From Thainema sp. (GTDB lineage Bacteria; Cyanobacteriota; Cyanobacteriia; Phormidesmidales; Phormidesmidaceae): a stretch of DNA of 64,000 nt. How positions within the stretch are numbered: the stretch's first letter is position 1; each line of letters starts with the position of its first letter. This document shows, piece after piece, positions 21,701 through 31,153 of this stretch. Both the position numbers and the translations under genes were made by a program. A model generated the notes under the pieces. That model did no database searches, had not been told where the DNA came from, and was given only the letters and a program-made list of their open reading frames with translations. Where the stretch lies: positions 64,001-128,000 of the forward strand of contig JBQLZK010000001.1 in the NCBI GenBank assembly GCA_052168235.1, read 5' to 3'.

Positions 21701-22921
21701 TCAGGTGAAATGTTGGGAGTCATGTTTCTCGATCTGGATCGGTTCAAAAATATCAACGATACCCTGGGGCACGCCGTGGGCGATGAGCTGCTCCGACAGG
21801 CGACTCAGCGCCTGCAGCAGAGTTTACGCGAAGCGGACTTGATTGCCCGCTGGGGTGGCGATGAATTCACCCTGGTTTTACCCCATTTGTCCAGCCCAGA
21901 CGATGCCGCCAAAATTGCCCGTCGCATTCGGGACAGTCTCGCCACGGCTTTTCATGTTGGGGAGCATGAGCTTTACATCACGAGCAGCATGGGGCTGGCG
22001 ATCTATCCACAGGATGGAGAAGACTTAAACACGCTCCTCCAAAACGCCGATACCGCCTTGTACCGAGCCAAAGACGAAGGCCGCAACAACTACCAGTTCT
22101 ATCGGGCTACGCTCAACTCCCAGGCTTCCAGACTGCTCCAGTTGGAAAATCACCTGCATCATGCGCTGCCGCTCAATGAACTGGAACTGTACTATCAGCC
22201 CCAAGTGAATATCCAAACAGGACAAGTGATTAAAATGGAAGCGCTGTTGCGCTGGCATCACTCGCACTGGGGCAGCATTTCACCCGGCACATTCATTCCC
22301 TTAGCAGAGGAATCAGGCTTAATTGTGCCGATTGGGGAATGGGCCATCAAGACGGCCTGTGCCCAAAATCGCGCTTGGCAACTGGCAGGCATTCCGCCGT
22401 TGAAAGTTGCGGTAAATTTGTCGGCGCGCCAGTTTCAGCAACCTTCTCTGCTGGAACGGATTACGCAAATCCTGCAGACCGTTGAGCTGGCTCCAGAATT
22501 TTTGGAACTGGAAATTACTGAAACGGCGGCCATGCAGAATTTGGAACATACATCTAATGTGCTGGAGCAAATTCGGGCAATGGGCATCAGCATTTCGATG
22601 GACGACTTCGGTACAGGCTACTCCTCCCTGTCCTATTTGAAGCGATTTCCGTTGCACACAATTAAAATTGACCAGTCGTTTATCCGCGACCTGATTCATC
22701 GTCCCGCCGATAAAGCGATTGTCTCAGCGATTATTACTCTCAGCCGAGGACTCGGTTTAAGCGTTGTGGCAGAAGGGGTTGAGACTCAAGCCCACATGGA
22801 ATGTTTGCGATCGCTAAAGTGCAAGGAGATGCAGGGCTACTGGTTTAGTCGTCCCCTCACTGCAGAGCAAGCGACCCAGTTTCTGTTGGAGCATCAGCAG
22901 GATGGCAAGCTATGCGTTTAG
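18707..22921 (+). CDS. GAF-PAS-PAS-GAF-PAS-GAF-GGDEF-EAL c-di-GMP signalling protein
   Basis: HDSLTGLPNR, DLDRFK, RxxD I-site (READ) before RWGGDEF, EALLRW, DDFGTGYSSL, and PAC motifs (DITERK). Start may be TTG 18695. Confidence 0.93.
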   Translation: MTSDLPDQPSNLSFKVSKLNPNHQSISHRPIHQLIEQVNRAVSEAIDSEAAFEVVLQLICQLINGALAEIWLPTPQQGGLCISPIWYSPQPEQFQAFRKVSEQFSVTLGTGLPGRVAVTRQPEWIAAIEAESDQSLLRKNAALQANLNACLGVPIKVGDRVLAVLIVWLVDANSVDPSQIEQVRQILTQLGAVLRLKQSEAVLAEQQQRLKALMDSLPGIVFVSNDDAEWSMQFLSQGCYPLTGYSPSELAGPVRSQSYNDITHPEDLPRVLQAIDGAIAQQQPYVVEYRIRTKQGEEKWLWEKGYGVTNAQGKVIGLEGFITDITERKQTERTLQEKEAFLKLILDNIPQHIFWKDRNLTYQGGNQVWLNSIGLTSLEDVIGKTDYDLWSLAQADNFRDADLDVLERHKRRIHVIRRKIQQNGDEIWQDVSKVPIYDADNNTIGILGMFEDITEWRKAEEAIARREQYLAALVDLQYRLLNLEWDVSADLYAEILPILGQAAQASRAGVFEVAVTKLDQILPQSDKPITGSTARPKITCWQQSMWADPDFVLEPEQWQLQLELYHHQLSHWFEQLLAGEELVCLATAQLETELQAVLAPLSIQGVLMLPLKQGKDIFGFIVLENCTYELYWEDSEIDLLKAAAAAISLAYEHQQTKSSLKQAEVKYRSIFENAVEGIFQTTPTGQYLTANPMLAQIYGYDSPEELIQSITNIQSQLYVDPQRRLEFEQLMAAQGSVFNFESQIFRKDGSIIWISESARTLYDETGAIAGYEGTVENITPRKHDEAELLKRDHLLEGVAAAATCLLTQPDFATAIPSVLSILGEAAQADRVYIYENHPHSQTGEMAMSMRFEWTHADIVPSINQPHWQNQPYREFGLDRWYQNFQKGQPVRGLTCEFPASEQQILLRDQIQSILMVPIFIDQVLWGYIGFDACQEAREWTASEESILVAIAASLGGAIKRQQTEAQMRHQAFHDSLTGLPNRTLFNEHLPLEIAHARRSGEMLGVMFLDLDRFKNINDTLGHAVGDELLRQATQRLQQSLREADLIARWGGDEFTLVLPHLSSPDDAAKIARRIRDSLATAFHVGEHELYITSSMGLAIYPQDGEDLNTLLQNADTALYRAKDEGRNNYQFYRATLNSQASRLLQLENHLHHALPLNELELYYQPQVNIQTGQVIKMEALLRWHHSHWGSISPGTFIPLAEESGLIVPIGEWAIKTACAQNRAWQLAGIPPLKVAVNLSARQFQQPSLLERITQILQTVELAPEFLELEITETAAMQNLEHTSNVLEQIRAMGISISMDDFGTGYSSLSYLKRFPLHTIKIDQSFIRDLIHRPADKAIVSAIITLSRGLGLSVVAEGVETQAHMECLRSLKCKEMQGYWFSRPLTAEQATQFLLEHQQDGKLCV

Positions 22922-22955
22922 GGTACTGTCTTAGCCTGAATAGTAGCTTGAAATC

Positions 22956-23002
22956 AGCTTGGGAATGAACAGTACGCGGTGCACACAGCTCATTCCCAAG
23001 CT
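22956..23002. terminator. Hairpin between convergent genes
   Basis: agcttgggaatga...tcattcccaagct. Confidence 0.6.
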
Positions 23003-23017
23003 CAAGATAGTTTGTTT

Positions 23018-23926
23018 CTATTCGCAGTAGCTCAGAGTCCCTTGATCTCCGTCCAGGCAAACTCGTCGTCCCACAACTAGGGCAGCATTCTCGCCATCGT
23101 GACCAAAGGGTAGGTTAACCACGACTGGAATATTGAGATCACAAGTGCGATCGCGCAGTACTTCCTCCACACTAAAGCTTGGAATATCCTTGGGTGGATC
23201 ACACTGACTAAAGCGGCCCAATGCAATTCCCTTAATGCCATTCAGCGCCCCACTCATGCGCCACTGAGTCAGCATCCGATCAATTCGATACGGCGCTTCT
23301 CCCACATCTTCAAACGCCAAGATCACATCATTTAAGTGGGGTTGGGCTACGGTACCCAGCAAATGAGTCGCTACGGTCAAATTTGCGGGTAATAGATGTC
23401 CCGTCGCCTGACCACCAACCCAGCCATCACCCTGCAATGGTGCCAGTTCTGCCCGTCCAGTCACAAACTGAAACAGCCGCTCTAGAGAATGGGGCGGTTC
23501 CGCTGCAATGGTTGTTAGTAACGGACCGTGCATCCCCGCGACTCCCTGCGTCGCTAAACTCCACAGCAAACTTGTCACATCCGAAAAGCCAATCAGCCAC
23601 TTGGGAGCAAGTTGAAAATCATCCGGCCATGTCCAATTTTCCAGTAACCGCGCTCCGCCCCAGCCGCCGCGAGCGCAGAGAATGCCGCGACAATCTGGAT
23701 CACTCAATGCCTGCTGGAGCTGTTGCCGCCGCTGCTCGTCCGTTCCAGCCAAGTAGCCACTGCGGTCGTCGTATCCCGGACAAAACTCAATCTGATAACC
23801 TTGCGATCGCCAAATTTCAACGCCTTGCTCAAATGCCTGTCGCTCCCGCAGCGTCCCACTCGGCGCAATCACCCGCAGCAAGTCTCCTGGCTCTAGTGGT
23901 GGCGGCAGTTGGCAAGGCTTAAACAT
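23018..23926 (-). CDS. S66 family LD-carboxypeptidase
   Basis: IAPSG, YLAGTD..R, ARGGWG, GFSDVT (Ser), FEDVGE, PFGH. Confidence 0.9.
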   Translation of the reverse strand: MFKPCQLPPPLEPGDLLRVIAPSGTLRERQAFEQGVEIWRSQGYQIEFCPGYDDRSGYLAGTDEQRRQQLQQALSDPDCRGILCARGGWGGARLLENWTWPDDFQLAPKWLIGFSDVTSLLWSLATQGVAGMHGPLLTTIAAEPPHSLERLFQFVTGRAELAPLQGDGWVGGQATGHLLPANLTVATHLLGTVAQPHLNDVILAFEDVGEAPYRIDRMLTQWRMSGALNGIKGIALGRFSQCDPPKDIPSFSVEEVLRDRTCDLNIPVVVNLPFGHDGENAALVVGRRVCLDGDQGTLSYCE

Positions 23927-24111
23927 CTCAGTACATTTCTCCTTCTCTAACGTCGTTTTTATTAAGGGAGCAAGGGGAAAGGGGGAAAAGGAGCTTTCAT
24001 ATCTAGCATTATTTGAAACATGAAGCTTAAGTTACGGCTACCAACAGAACTCTCTGCTCCCCCGCTCCACTACTCCCCTGCCCCCCTCACGTCCTCTCCA
24101 TCAACTCTGAA

Positions 24112-25485
24112 TTATTGATCACTGCCCAAAATCAACTCCAGCCTCCGCTGTGCCGCTGTCAAGGCTTCCGCAGGTGGTTCACCCAACAGGGACGCTTCAA
24201 TCGCCCGACCGAAGTTTTCTGATAAATAGCGATAACCAGGGATCAAGGGTCGCGATCGCGCCCACTCCATCTGCTGCAAAAACATTTGGAGGGCCGGATT
24301 TTCAGCTACAAATGCCTGATAGTCAGGACTATTCAACACATTGGGATTGATCGGTAAGTAACCTGTTTTCAGCGCCCACTCGGTTTGAAACGATTCACTA
24401 ATCACAAAATCAAGAAACTCTAGTGCTGCTTGCTCTCGTTCTGACGTTGTTTTCATCACAAAAAAATTCTCACCGCCCACCACCGCCGCAGGCTGATCTC
24501 GCATTGGTAGTGGAAAAACATCATAGTCCACACCTGACTCCTCAAACTGCCCAATATTCCACGGCCCCGTGAACTGCATCGCCACCTGACCGCTCATAAA
24601 GCTATCGGTTTCATAACCGCGCTCTGGCGGAGAAAGCTGCACCACACCGTCTTGAACCAGGGATGATGCAAACTCCAAAGCTGCGATCGCACCTTCATTG
24701 GTTAAATCCGGCTGCCCATTTTGGACAATTTCACCGCTCGCACTATAAACAAACGGTAAATAGACAAACACATTCCATTCGCCTTTGCCCAGAGATAGCC
24801 AGAGGCCATACTGATCGGTAAAGCCATCCCCGTTGCGATCGCGAGTTAACTGGGCGACCACCTGCGCAAATTCTGACCAAGTACGGGGCAACCGTGTGAT
24901 CCCTGCTTCTTCGAACAGTGACGGACGGTAGAACACACCGACATTATTCGTGCCAAACGGCACCGACCAATAGTGATCTTCCAGCAGCATGGACTCGTGC
25001 AACGCCGGAATGATCCGCTCCAGCCGTTGGTTTTCCTGCAACCAATTATCAAGTGGCAGAATCGCCTCCAGTTCAACTAGCTGCCCTGTAAAGGTCGGAA
25101 TATACCACAAAATATCCGGCGAAGCGCCACCGACCACGCCCGTCAAAATCTTAGGAATCTGCTGATCCGGCTGACCAATATACAGCGATTCCACTTCAAT
25201 ATAGGGATGAGCCTGATTAAATTGCTCAACTAAAGACTGAAAAACATCACGATTACTAGGCGGACTGATCCCCTGCCAGAGCGTGAGGTGAACGACCTCG
25301 CTGTCCCCATTGGGGCTACCGATCCGCGCGGTATCCGTTGGGCCACTCTGACACCCCAGCAGGCCCACCGCCAAGACCAACATGCCGAATCCCAGCCCCA
25401 AGTGTGTCCACAATCGTGGCCAAATAACCTGCCAGACAACTTGCCAGAAGCGTTGCGATCGCAACCAAAACAAACAGCATCTCAT
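24112..25485 (-). CDS. Carbohydrate ABC transporter substrate-binding lipoprotein
   Basis: Lipobox LLGC, PDILW, LPRTWSEF, AMQFTGPW, TGYLP. True start uncertain. Confidence 0.85.
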   Translation of the reverse strand: MRCCLFWLRSQRFWQVVWQVIWPRLWTHLGLGFGMLVLAVGLLGCQSGPTDTARIGSPNGDSEVVHLTLWQGISPPSNRDVFQSLVEQFNQAHPYIEVESLYIGQPDQQIPKILTGVVGGASPDILWYIPTFTGQLVELEAILPLDNWLQENQRLERIIPALHESMLLEDHYWSVPFGTNNVGVFYRPSLFEEAGITRLPRTWSEFAQVVAQLTRDRNGDGFTDQYGLWLSLGKGEWNVFVYLPFVYSASGEIVQNGQPDLTNEGAIAALEFASSLVQDGVVQLSPPERGYETDSFMSGQVAMQFTGPWNIGQFEESGVDYDVFPLPMRDQPAAVVGGENFFVMKTTSEREQAALEFLDFVISESFQTEWALKTGYLPINPNVLNSPDYQAFVAENPALQMFLQQMEWARSRPLIPGYRYLSENFGRAIEASLLGEPPAEALTAAQRRLELILGSDQ

Positions 25486-25658
25486 CGTAAAGTCCTAAAG
25501 TATTAGCCCAGCGCAACCGACATTCTAATTAAGTTACTGGCAAATCGAGCGCACAATCCGGCCAGCACAATGAAGCAGCCTGGATCAGAATTGATATCAT
25601 TAAGAAATGAAACAAAGATTAACGGTCTGCTCCTGCCCACTTAGTACACCTTGTAACA

Positions 25659-26219
25659 ATGGCACGTCGCTCCTATCAGGCGGTTCTACTCGTCGATGGC
25701 TATAACATTATTGGCGCTTGGCCCCGGCTAGAGCGCGTTCGAGATCAGCATGGCTTAGAAGATGCCCGTCGTGATCTAGTAGAAGCGCTCACCGGATACA
25801 GCACATTCAAGGGATTTGATACGCGGATTGTCTTTGATGCCTATGGGCAGATTGATCCTTCAGTGCCAGAAGCCGTGACCGAGCATGTTTCCATTCACTA
25901 CACGGATTTTGGTCAAACCGCAGATTCCTATATTGAAAAAGCTTGTGCCATGTTTCGACATGATGTGCGCAAGTTTTCTCAACGGCTGATTGTCGCTACG
26001 TCTGACCGCGCCCAGCAGCTCACGGTCGTAGGCTATGGCGCAGAATGGATGTCAGCCCATCGCTTAATTAGCGATGTCGATCTGGCGCACCATCAGGTGC
26101 GTCGCCGCCAGAAGCCTGCCCGTTCCTCCAGCAAACGGTTCCTATTCAGCTCGCTCGATCCCAAGGCTCAAGCTCGTTTAGCAGAAATGCGATTGGGTTT
26201 GACAGAGCGAGAATCGTGA
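25659..26219 (+). CDS. NYN (YacP/Rae1-like) ribonuclease domain protein
   Basis: LLVDGYNIIGAW, IVFDA, TADSYIEK, VATSD. Confidence 0.88.
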   Translation: MARRSYQAVLLVDGYNIIGAWPRLERVRDQHGLEDARRDLVEALTGYSTFKGFDTRIVFDAYGQIDPSVPEAVTEHVSIHYTDFGQTADSYIEKACAMFRHDVRKFSQRLIVATSDRAQQLTVVGYGAEWMSAHRLISDVDLAHHQVRRRQKPARSSSKRFLFSSLDPKAQARLAEMRLGLTERES

Positions 26220-26300
26220 ACCTGGTAAAAAGTTCAAAAAAAATTGGCTTTACCCCTTGTCAAACTGTCCCCTGAGTCAGTAATATGAAATTCGCGTCGT

Positions 26301-26372
26301 TCCTCAGTAGCTCAGCGGTAGAGCGGTCGGCTGTTAACCGATTGGTCGCAAGTTCGAATCTTGCCTGGGGAG
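26301..26372 (+). tRNA. trnN: tRNA-Asn(GTT), copy 1
   Basis: TCCTCAGTAGCTCAGCGGTAGAGCGGTCGGCTGTTAACCGATTGGTCGCAAGTTCGAATCTTGCCTGGGGAG folds as a cloverleaf with GTT anticodon; no encoded CCA. Confidence 0.97.
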
Positions 26373-26482
26373 TTTAATCTATTCAGCATAAGTAAGCTTG
26401 TAAGCAGGCGTAAGTTCTGCGATCAATATGCCGCTAATAGGTTTACAATTTGTCCTGTTTTCAAGTAGGATGAAATCCGCCT

Positions 26483-26554
26483 TCCTCAGTAGCTCAGCGG
26501 TAGAGCGGTCGGCTGTTAACCGATTGGTCGCAAGTTCGAATCTTGCCTGGGGAG
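26483..26554 (+). tRNA. trnN: tRNA-Asn(GTT), copy 2 (identical)
   Basis: Same 72 nt as copy 1. Confidence 0.97.
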
Positions 26555-26970
26555 TTTAGTCAACTAGACTGCAACACATAGACTGCAACGTAGATTGAAG
26601 GCTCAGGTTGTGGTATGCTCGCTTAGTTTTGATTAGATCTCTGTTTTCTAAATGCAGCGTCGCCAAAGGGCTTGATCTGCTATCTCATCCGCACATGTGG
26701 TGTATACACAGCAAATTGAGGCAGGTGCGATCGCAGATTTTGTTTTGCTGGTTGTTTGGCCTGAATGGCTCAACATCGGCGAATTAATCCGCTGCTTTGG
26801 CCCGATTTTAGTATCGATCAATGCAACGAATCAGGGATTCGCCTGAAAAGATTAGGCAGACGTGCTTATAATCGGTACAGAGTTCTATATAAATCTTCGA
26901 AGTCTAAAGTATTTCGGCAATAATCGTTACAAGACGTAAGACCCTGTAGAAAAAGATATAGATTCGGAAC

Positions 26971-27717
26971 ATGCCACGAATTCTCGTTATTGATGATGAT
27001 CCTGCGATCGCAGAACTAGTCAGTGTCAACCTAGAGATGGCTGGCTATGATGTTAGCCAAGCTGCTGACGGCATCAAAGGGCAAGCCTTAGCCGTACAGT
27101 TGATGCCTGATCTGATTGTCCTGGACCTGATGCTACCGAAGGTAGACGGTTTTACAATTTGTCAGCGGCTACGGCGCGATGAGCGGACGGCAGATGTTCC
27201 AGTCTTGATGCTAACCGCATTGGGACAAACCCAAGATAAAGTAGAAGGCTTCAATGCTGGAGCTGATGACTATCTCACCAAGCCATTTGAGGTGGATGAA
27301 ATGCTGGCGCGAGTGCGGGCACTGCTCCGGCGCACCGATCGAATCCCCCAAGCGGCCAAGCATAGCGAGATTCTCAACTATGGTCCGTTAACGCTGGTGC
27401 CTGAACGCTTTGAAGCGATTTGGTTTGACAAAACCGTCAAGCTAACTCATCTTGAATTTGAGCTGCTGCACTGTCTTCTACAGCGTCACGGTCAAACCGT
27501 TTCGCCCAGTGAAATTCTCAAGGAAGTGTGGGGCTATGACCCGAACGACGATATCGAAACCATTCGAGTTCATGTTCGCCACTTACGGACAAAGCTTGAA
27601 CCCGATCCACGCCATCCGCAATACATTAAAACAGTCTATGGTGCTGGATACTGTTTGGAACTCCCGACTAGCGGAGCGGTTCCGGCAGATCTAGGGTTGT
27701 CATCAGCAGAATCTTGA
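26971..27717 (+). CDS. rpaA: Circadian output response regulator RpaA
   Basis: [60 protein letters not shown]. Confidence 0.95.
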   Translation: MPRILVIDDDPAIAELVSVNLEMAGYDVSQAADGIKGQALAVQLMPDLIVLDLMLPKVDGFTICQRLRRDERTADVPVLMLTALGQTQDKVEGFNAGADDYLTKPFEVDEMLARVRALLRRTDRIPQAAKHSEILNYGPLTLVPERFEAIWFDKTVKLTHLEFELLHCLLQRHGQTVSPSEILKEVWGYDPNDDIETIRVHVRHLRTKLEPDPRHPQYIKTVYGAGYCLELPTSGAVPADLGLSSAES

Positions 27718-27957
27718 ATGGAAATAAGCCGTCTATTGAATAAGTATTACTTATCCAATAGACGATAGTCTGTGTGTCTTTCATAACGAGCCTAAAGAAA
27801 ACCTTTGGGCAGATGAACCTTGCTAAAAATGTTGTCTACCCTGAAAGCAACCGCCGATGGGGTTAGGTGAGGCATTTAGGTATAGTTTACGTTATACGTA
27901 ATGTCTCACACCCCCTGTCGCAACGATTTGCGTTGTCCAGAGTAGACAGAAACCCAT

Positions 27958-29397
27958 ATGACACAGCAGAGCTTTGGCGTTATTGGTCTCGCCGTCATGG
28001 GCGAGAACCTAGCCCTAAACGTTGAACGCAATGGATTTCCCGTTGCCGTTTATAACCGTACCCGCTCCAAGACCGATGACTTTATGAAAGAGCGGGCAGA
28101 AGGTAAGAATATCAAGCCAACCTATAGCCTAGAAGAGTTTGTAGCCTCGCTTGAGCGTCCTCGTCGCATTCTGGTCATGGTCAAGGCGGGCAAACCCGTA
28201 GACTTGGTGATTGAGCAGCTCAAGCCGCTGCTCGATCCAGATGACATGATCATCGACGGTGGTAATTCCCTCTATCAAGACACCGAGCGTCGTGTCCAAG
28301 ATCTAGAATCCACGGGTCTACGCTTCATTGGTATGGGCGTCAGCGGTGGTGAAGAAGGAGCCTTAAACGGCCCAAGCATGATGCCGGGTGGCACAAAAGC
28401 TGCTTACGATTCGATTGAGCCAATCGTGACCAAAATCGCGGCTCAGGTTGATGACGGAGCTTGTGTGACCTACATTGGCCCTGGCGGCGCTGGACACTAC
28501 GTCAAAACCATACATAACGGTATTGAGTACGGCGACATGCAGCTGATTGCCGAAGCCTACGATCTGCTCAAGAATACGTTGGGCTTAGATCATACACAGC
28601 TTCATCAAGTGTTTGCCGAGTGGAATGAAACTGAAGAGCTGAACTCGTTCCTGATTGAAATTACGCGGGATGTGTTCAAGCAGATGGATGCCGACACTGG
28701 AATGCCGCTGGTTGAGGTGATTCTCGATTCTGCAGGACAGAAAGGAACCGGACGCTGGACGGTTGTTAGTGCCCTAGAAATGGGGGTTAGCATTCCAACC
28801 ATTTTTGCCGCAGTGAATGCCCGCATCATGTCGTCCATTAAAGATGAGCGAGTAGCGGCGTCGAAGGAACTATCTGGGCCATCGGGTAAGTACGATGGCG
28901 ACACACAAGCCTTCGTCAACAAAATCCGGGACGCACTCTACTGTTCTAAGATTTGCTCCTACGCTCAGGGTATGGCCCTGCTGAGTACAGCATCCGACAC
29001 CTTTAACTACGATCTGAATCTGAGCGAAATTGCCCGCATTTGGAAAGGTGGCTGCATCATCCGGGCCGGCTTCCTCGGTAAGATTCAAAACGCATTTCAG
29101 CAAAATCCGAAACTGCCGAATCTACTGCTGGCTCCAGAGTTTAAGCAAACAATCCTGGATCGCCAAGAGGCATGGCGTGAGGTCATTCAGGTGGCCGCTA
29201 AGCTGGGTATAGCCGTACCCGCATTTAGTGCATCGCTGGATTACTTTGATAGCTATCGCACGGCAAAACTGCCCCAAAATCTCACCCAGGCCCAGCGCGA
29301 CTTCTTTGGTGCCCACACCTACAAGCGAGTCGATAAGTCCGGTGTGTATCACACTGACTGGCTGGGAGATGGCAGCACGGAGCAAATGGAAGAGTAG
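27958..29397 (+). CDS. gnd: 6-phosphogluconate dehydrogenase (decarboxylating)
   Basis: GLAVMGENLALN, MVKAG, GVSGGEEGA, HNGIEYGDMQL, QAQRDFFGAHTY. Confidence 0.98.
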   Translation: MTQQSFGVIGLAVMGENLALNVERNGFPVAVYNRTRSKTDDFMKERAEGKNIKPTYSLEEFVASLERPRRILVMVKAGKPVDLVIEQLKPLLDPDDMIIDGGNSLYQDTERRVQDLESTGLRFIGMGVSGGEEGALNGPSMMPGGTKAAYDSIEPIVTKIAAQVDDGACVTYIGPGGAGHYVKTIHNGIEYGDMQLIAEAYDLLKNTLGLDHTQLHQVFAEWNETEELNSFLIEITRDVFKQMDADTGMPLVEVILDSAGQKGTGRWTVVSALEMGVSIPTIFAAVNARIMSSIKDERVAASKELSGPSGKYDGDTQAFVNKIRDALYCSKICSYAQGMALLSTASDTFNYDLNLSEIARIWKGGCIIRAGFLGKIQNAFQQNPKLPNLLLAPEFKQTILDRQEAWREVIQVAAKLGIAVPAFSASLDYFDSYRTAKLPQNLTQAQRDFFGAHTYKRVDKSGVYHTDWLGDGSTEQMEE

Positions 29398-29455
29398 GTT
29401 CTCAAACCGCCACTCTCGCGTTTGACACCACAACCTAGAAGATCCATCTAAACCT

Positions 29456-29502
29456 AAAAAGGTCACTTTGCTGTTGCGCGGCGGCAGCAAAGTGACCTTT
29501 TT
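29456..29502. terminator. Long hairpin terminator after gnd
   Basis: aaaaaggtcactttgctg...cagcaaagtgaccttttt. Confidence 0.7.
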
Positions 29503-29695
29503 GAGTTTCTGTGCGATCGCAATCCAGATATCACACTATACTTGCGGTACGTTCTGAGCTTGATCTAGCGCGTCTAATATCGCTCTATGTATTAATTCTG
29601 TTAAATCCTTCTACGGTTCGGTTCAAGAGCGGCGCTTCCAAAGTTAACTGTGTTAGATTGAGCATACCGTTCCTTGCAGTGTTTTCAATATCAAT

Positions 29696-30991
29696 ATGGC
29701 AATTACAAAGCGTGGCCTTGTATTAGGCATGACCGCCGTCGCCGTAACCGCTGTAACGATTACAGGGGCTGGCTTACATTTTTCAGAGAGCCAAGCTTTT
29801 TTTCGTGACAGTCCGAAAGAACTAATTGACGAAGTTTGGCAGCTCATCGACCGGAACTACGTTGATGCGACGTTCAATCAGGTTGACTGGCGGGCGCTAC
29901 GCACGGAATATTTAGAGCGCGAATACAGCGATCGCGAAGAGGCTTACGTTGCTATTCAAGAGATGCTGGAAACCTTGAATGATCCATATACTCGCTTCAT
30001 GGATCCGCAAGAGTTCCGCAACATGCAGATCGATACCTCTGGTGAACTCACAGGTGTGGGGATTCAGCTCGCCCAGGACGAAGAGACCAATGATTTGCTG
30101 GTCGTTGCCCCCATTGAAGACACACCCGCCTTTAAAGCTGGGGTTTTGGCAAAAGACGTTATCACTGCCATCGACGGTCAATCCACTGAGGGAATGGATT
30201 TAAATGATGCCGTTAATCTAATCCGTGGCCCAGTTGGTTCCCAAGTCACGCTAACCATCCGGCGCGAAAGCGAAATTATGGACTTCCAGCTAGATCGGGA
30301 GTTAATTGAAATTCACCCGGTTCGTTATAGTCAGCAGCAAAGTCCGGCTGGAACCATCGGCTATATTCGCCTAACTCAGTTTAGTGCTAACGCAGCACAA
30401 GAAATGCAGGACGCAATCAGCACGCTGGAAGAAGAGAATGTAAACGGCTATATCTTAGATTTGCGCTCTAATCCAGGTGGTCTGCTCTATTCCAGCATTG
30501 ACATCGCGCGCATGTGGCTCGAAGACGGCACTATTGTTTCAACCGTTGATCGGCAAGGTGAATCGGATCGGCAGGTAGCCAACCATCGGGCACTAACCGA
30601 TAAGCCGCTCGTTGTCCTAGTAGATGGTGGTTCTGCCAGTGCCAGTGAAATTCTATCTGGCGCACTTCAAGACAATGAACGTGCAGTGCTTGTCGGCACT
30701 CAAACCTTTGGTAAAGGTCTAGTGCAGTCAGTTCGAGGTTTAGGAGATGGTTCTGGCATTGCCATCACGGTTGCAAAGTACCTGACGCCAAGTGGCCGAG
30801 ACATCAACAAACAGGGCATCGCGCCAGATATTGAACTTGATTTGACGGACGAGCAGCGAGAAGCACTCTCGCAAGATCGGACGCAAATTGGTACCTCGGC
30901 TGATCCACAGTTTGCCAAGGCACTGGAAATTCTGACGCAGCGAGTCATGGCTGAATCGTCAGAGCCTACGGCTGCAGTTTCTCAACCTTAG
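29696..30991 (+). CDS. ctpC: S41A carboxyl-terminal processing protease (CtpC-like)
   Basis: DPYTRF, PDZ (GVGI), DLRSNPGGLL, SASASEIL, TFGKGLVQ. Paralog assignment rests on the N-terminus only. Confidence 0.8.
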   Translation: MAITKRGLVLGMTAVAVTAVTITGAGLHFSESQAFFRDSPKELIDEVWQLIDRNYVDATFNQVDWRALRTEYLEREYSDREEAYVAIQEMLETLNDPYTRFMDPQEFRNMQIDTSGELTGVGIQLAQDEETNDLLVVAPIEDTPAFKAGVLAKDVITAIDGQSTEGMDLNDAVNLIRGPVGSQVTLTIRRESEIMDFQLDRELIEIHPVRYSQQQSPAGTIGYIRLTQFSANAAQEMQDAISTLEEENVNGYILDLRSNPGGLLYSSIDIARMWLEDGTIVSTVDRQGESDRQVANHRALTDKPLVVLVDGGSASASEILSGALQDNERAVLVGTQTFGKGLVQSVRGLGDGSGIAITVAKYLTPSGRDINKQGIAPDIELDLTDEQREALSQDRTQIGTSADPQFAKALEILTQRVMAESSEPTAAVSQP

Positions 30992-31010
30992 AAATACGCG
31001 CTCTCTCTTA

Positions 31011-31044
31011 CAAAAGGACGGTTGGCACACCAACCGTCCTTTTG
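31011..31044. terminator. Intrinsic terminator
   Basis: caaaaggacggttgg-caca-ccaaccgtccttttg. Confidence 0.8.
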
Positions 31045-31153
31045 TGTTTTATAGCTGTAACCAGCTCAGTTAAACGGACGTTTTAATAGCGCGGCAAGGC
31101 CGCGCTTGTAACACCAAATCCGACTTGGCATTACTTTGCAATACCCAATGGTG

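Noticed and set aside
26301..26554. attL/attR of an integrated element
   Set aside because: Both tRNA copies are full length, only 110 bp separate them, and there is no integrase nearby.
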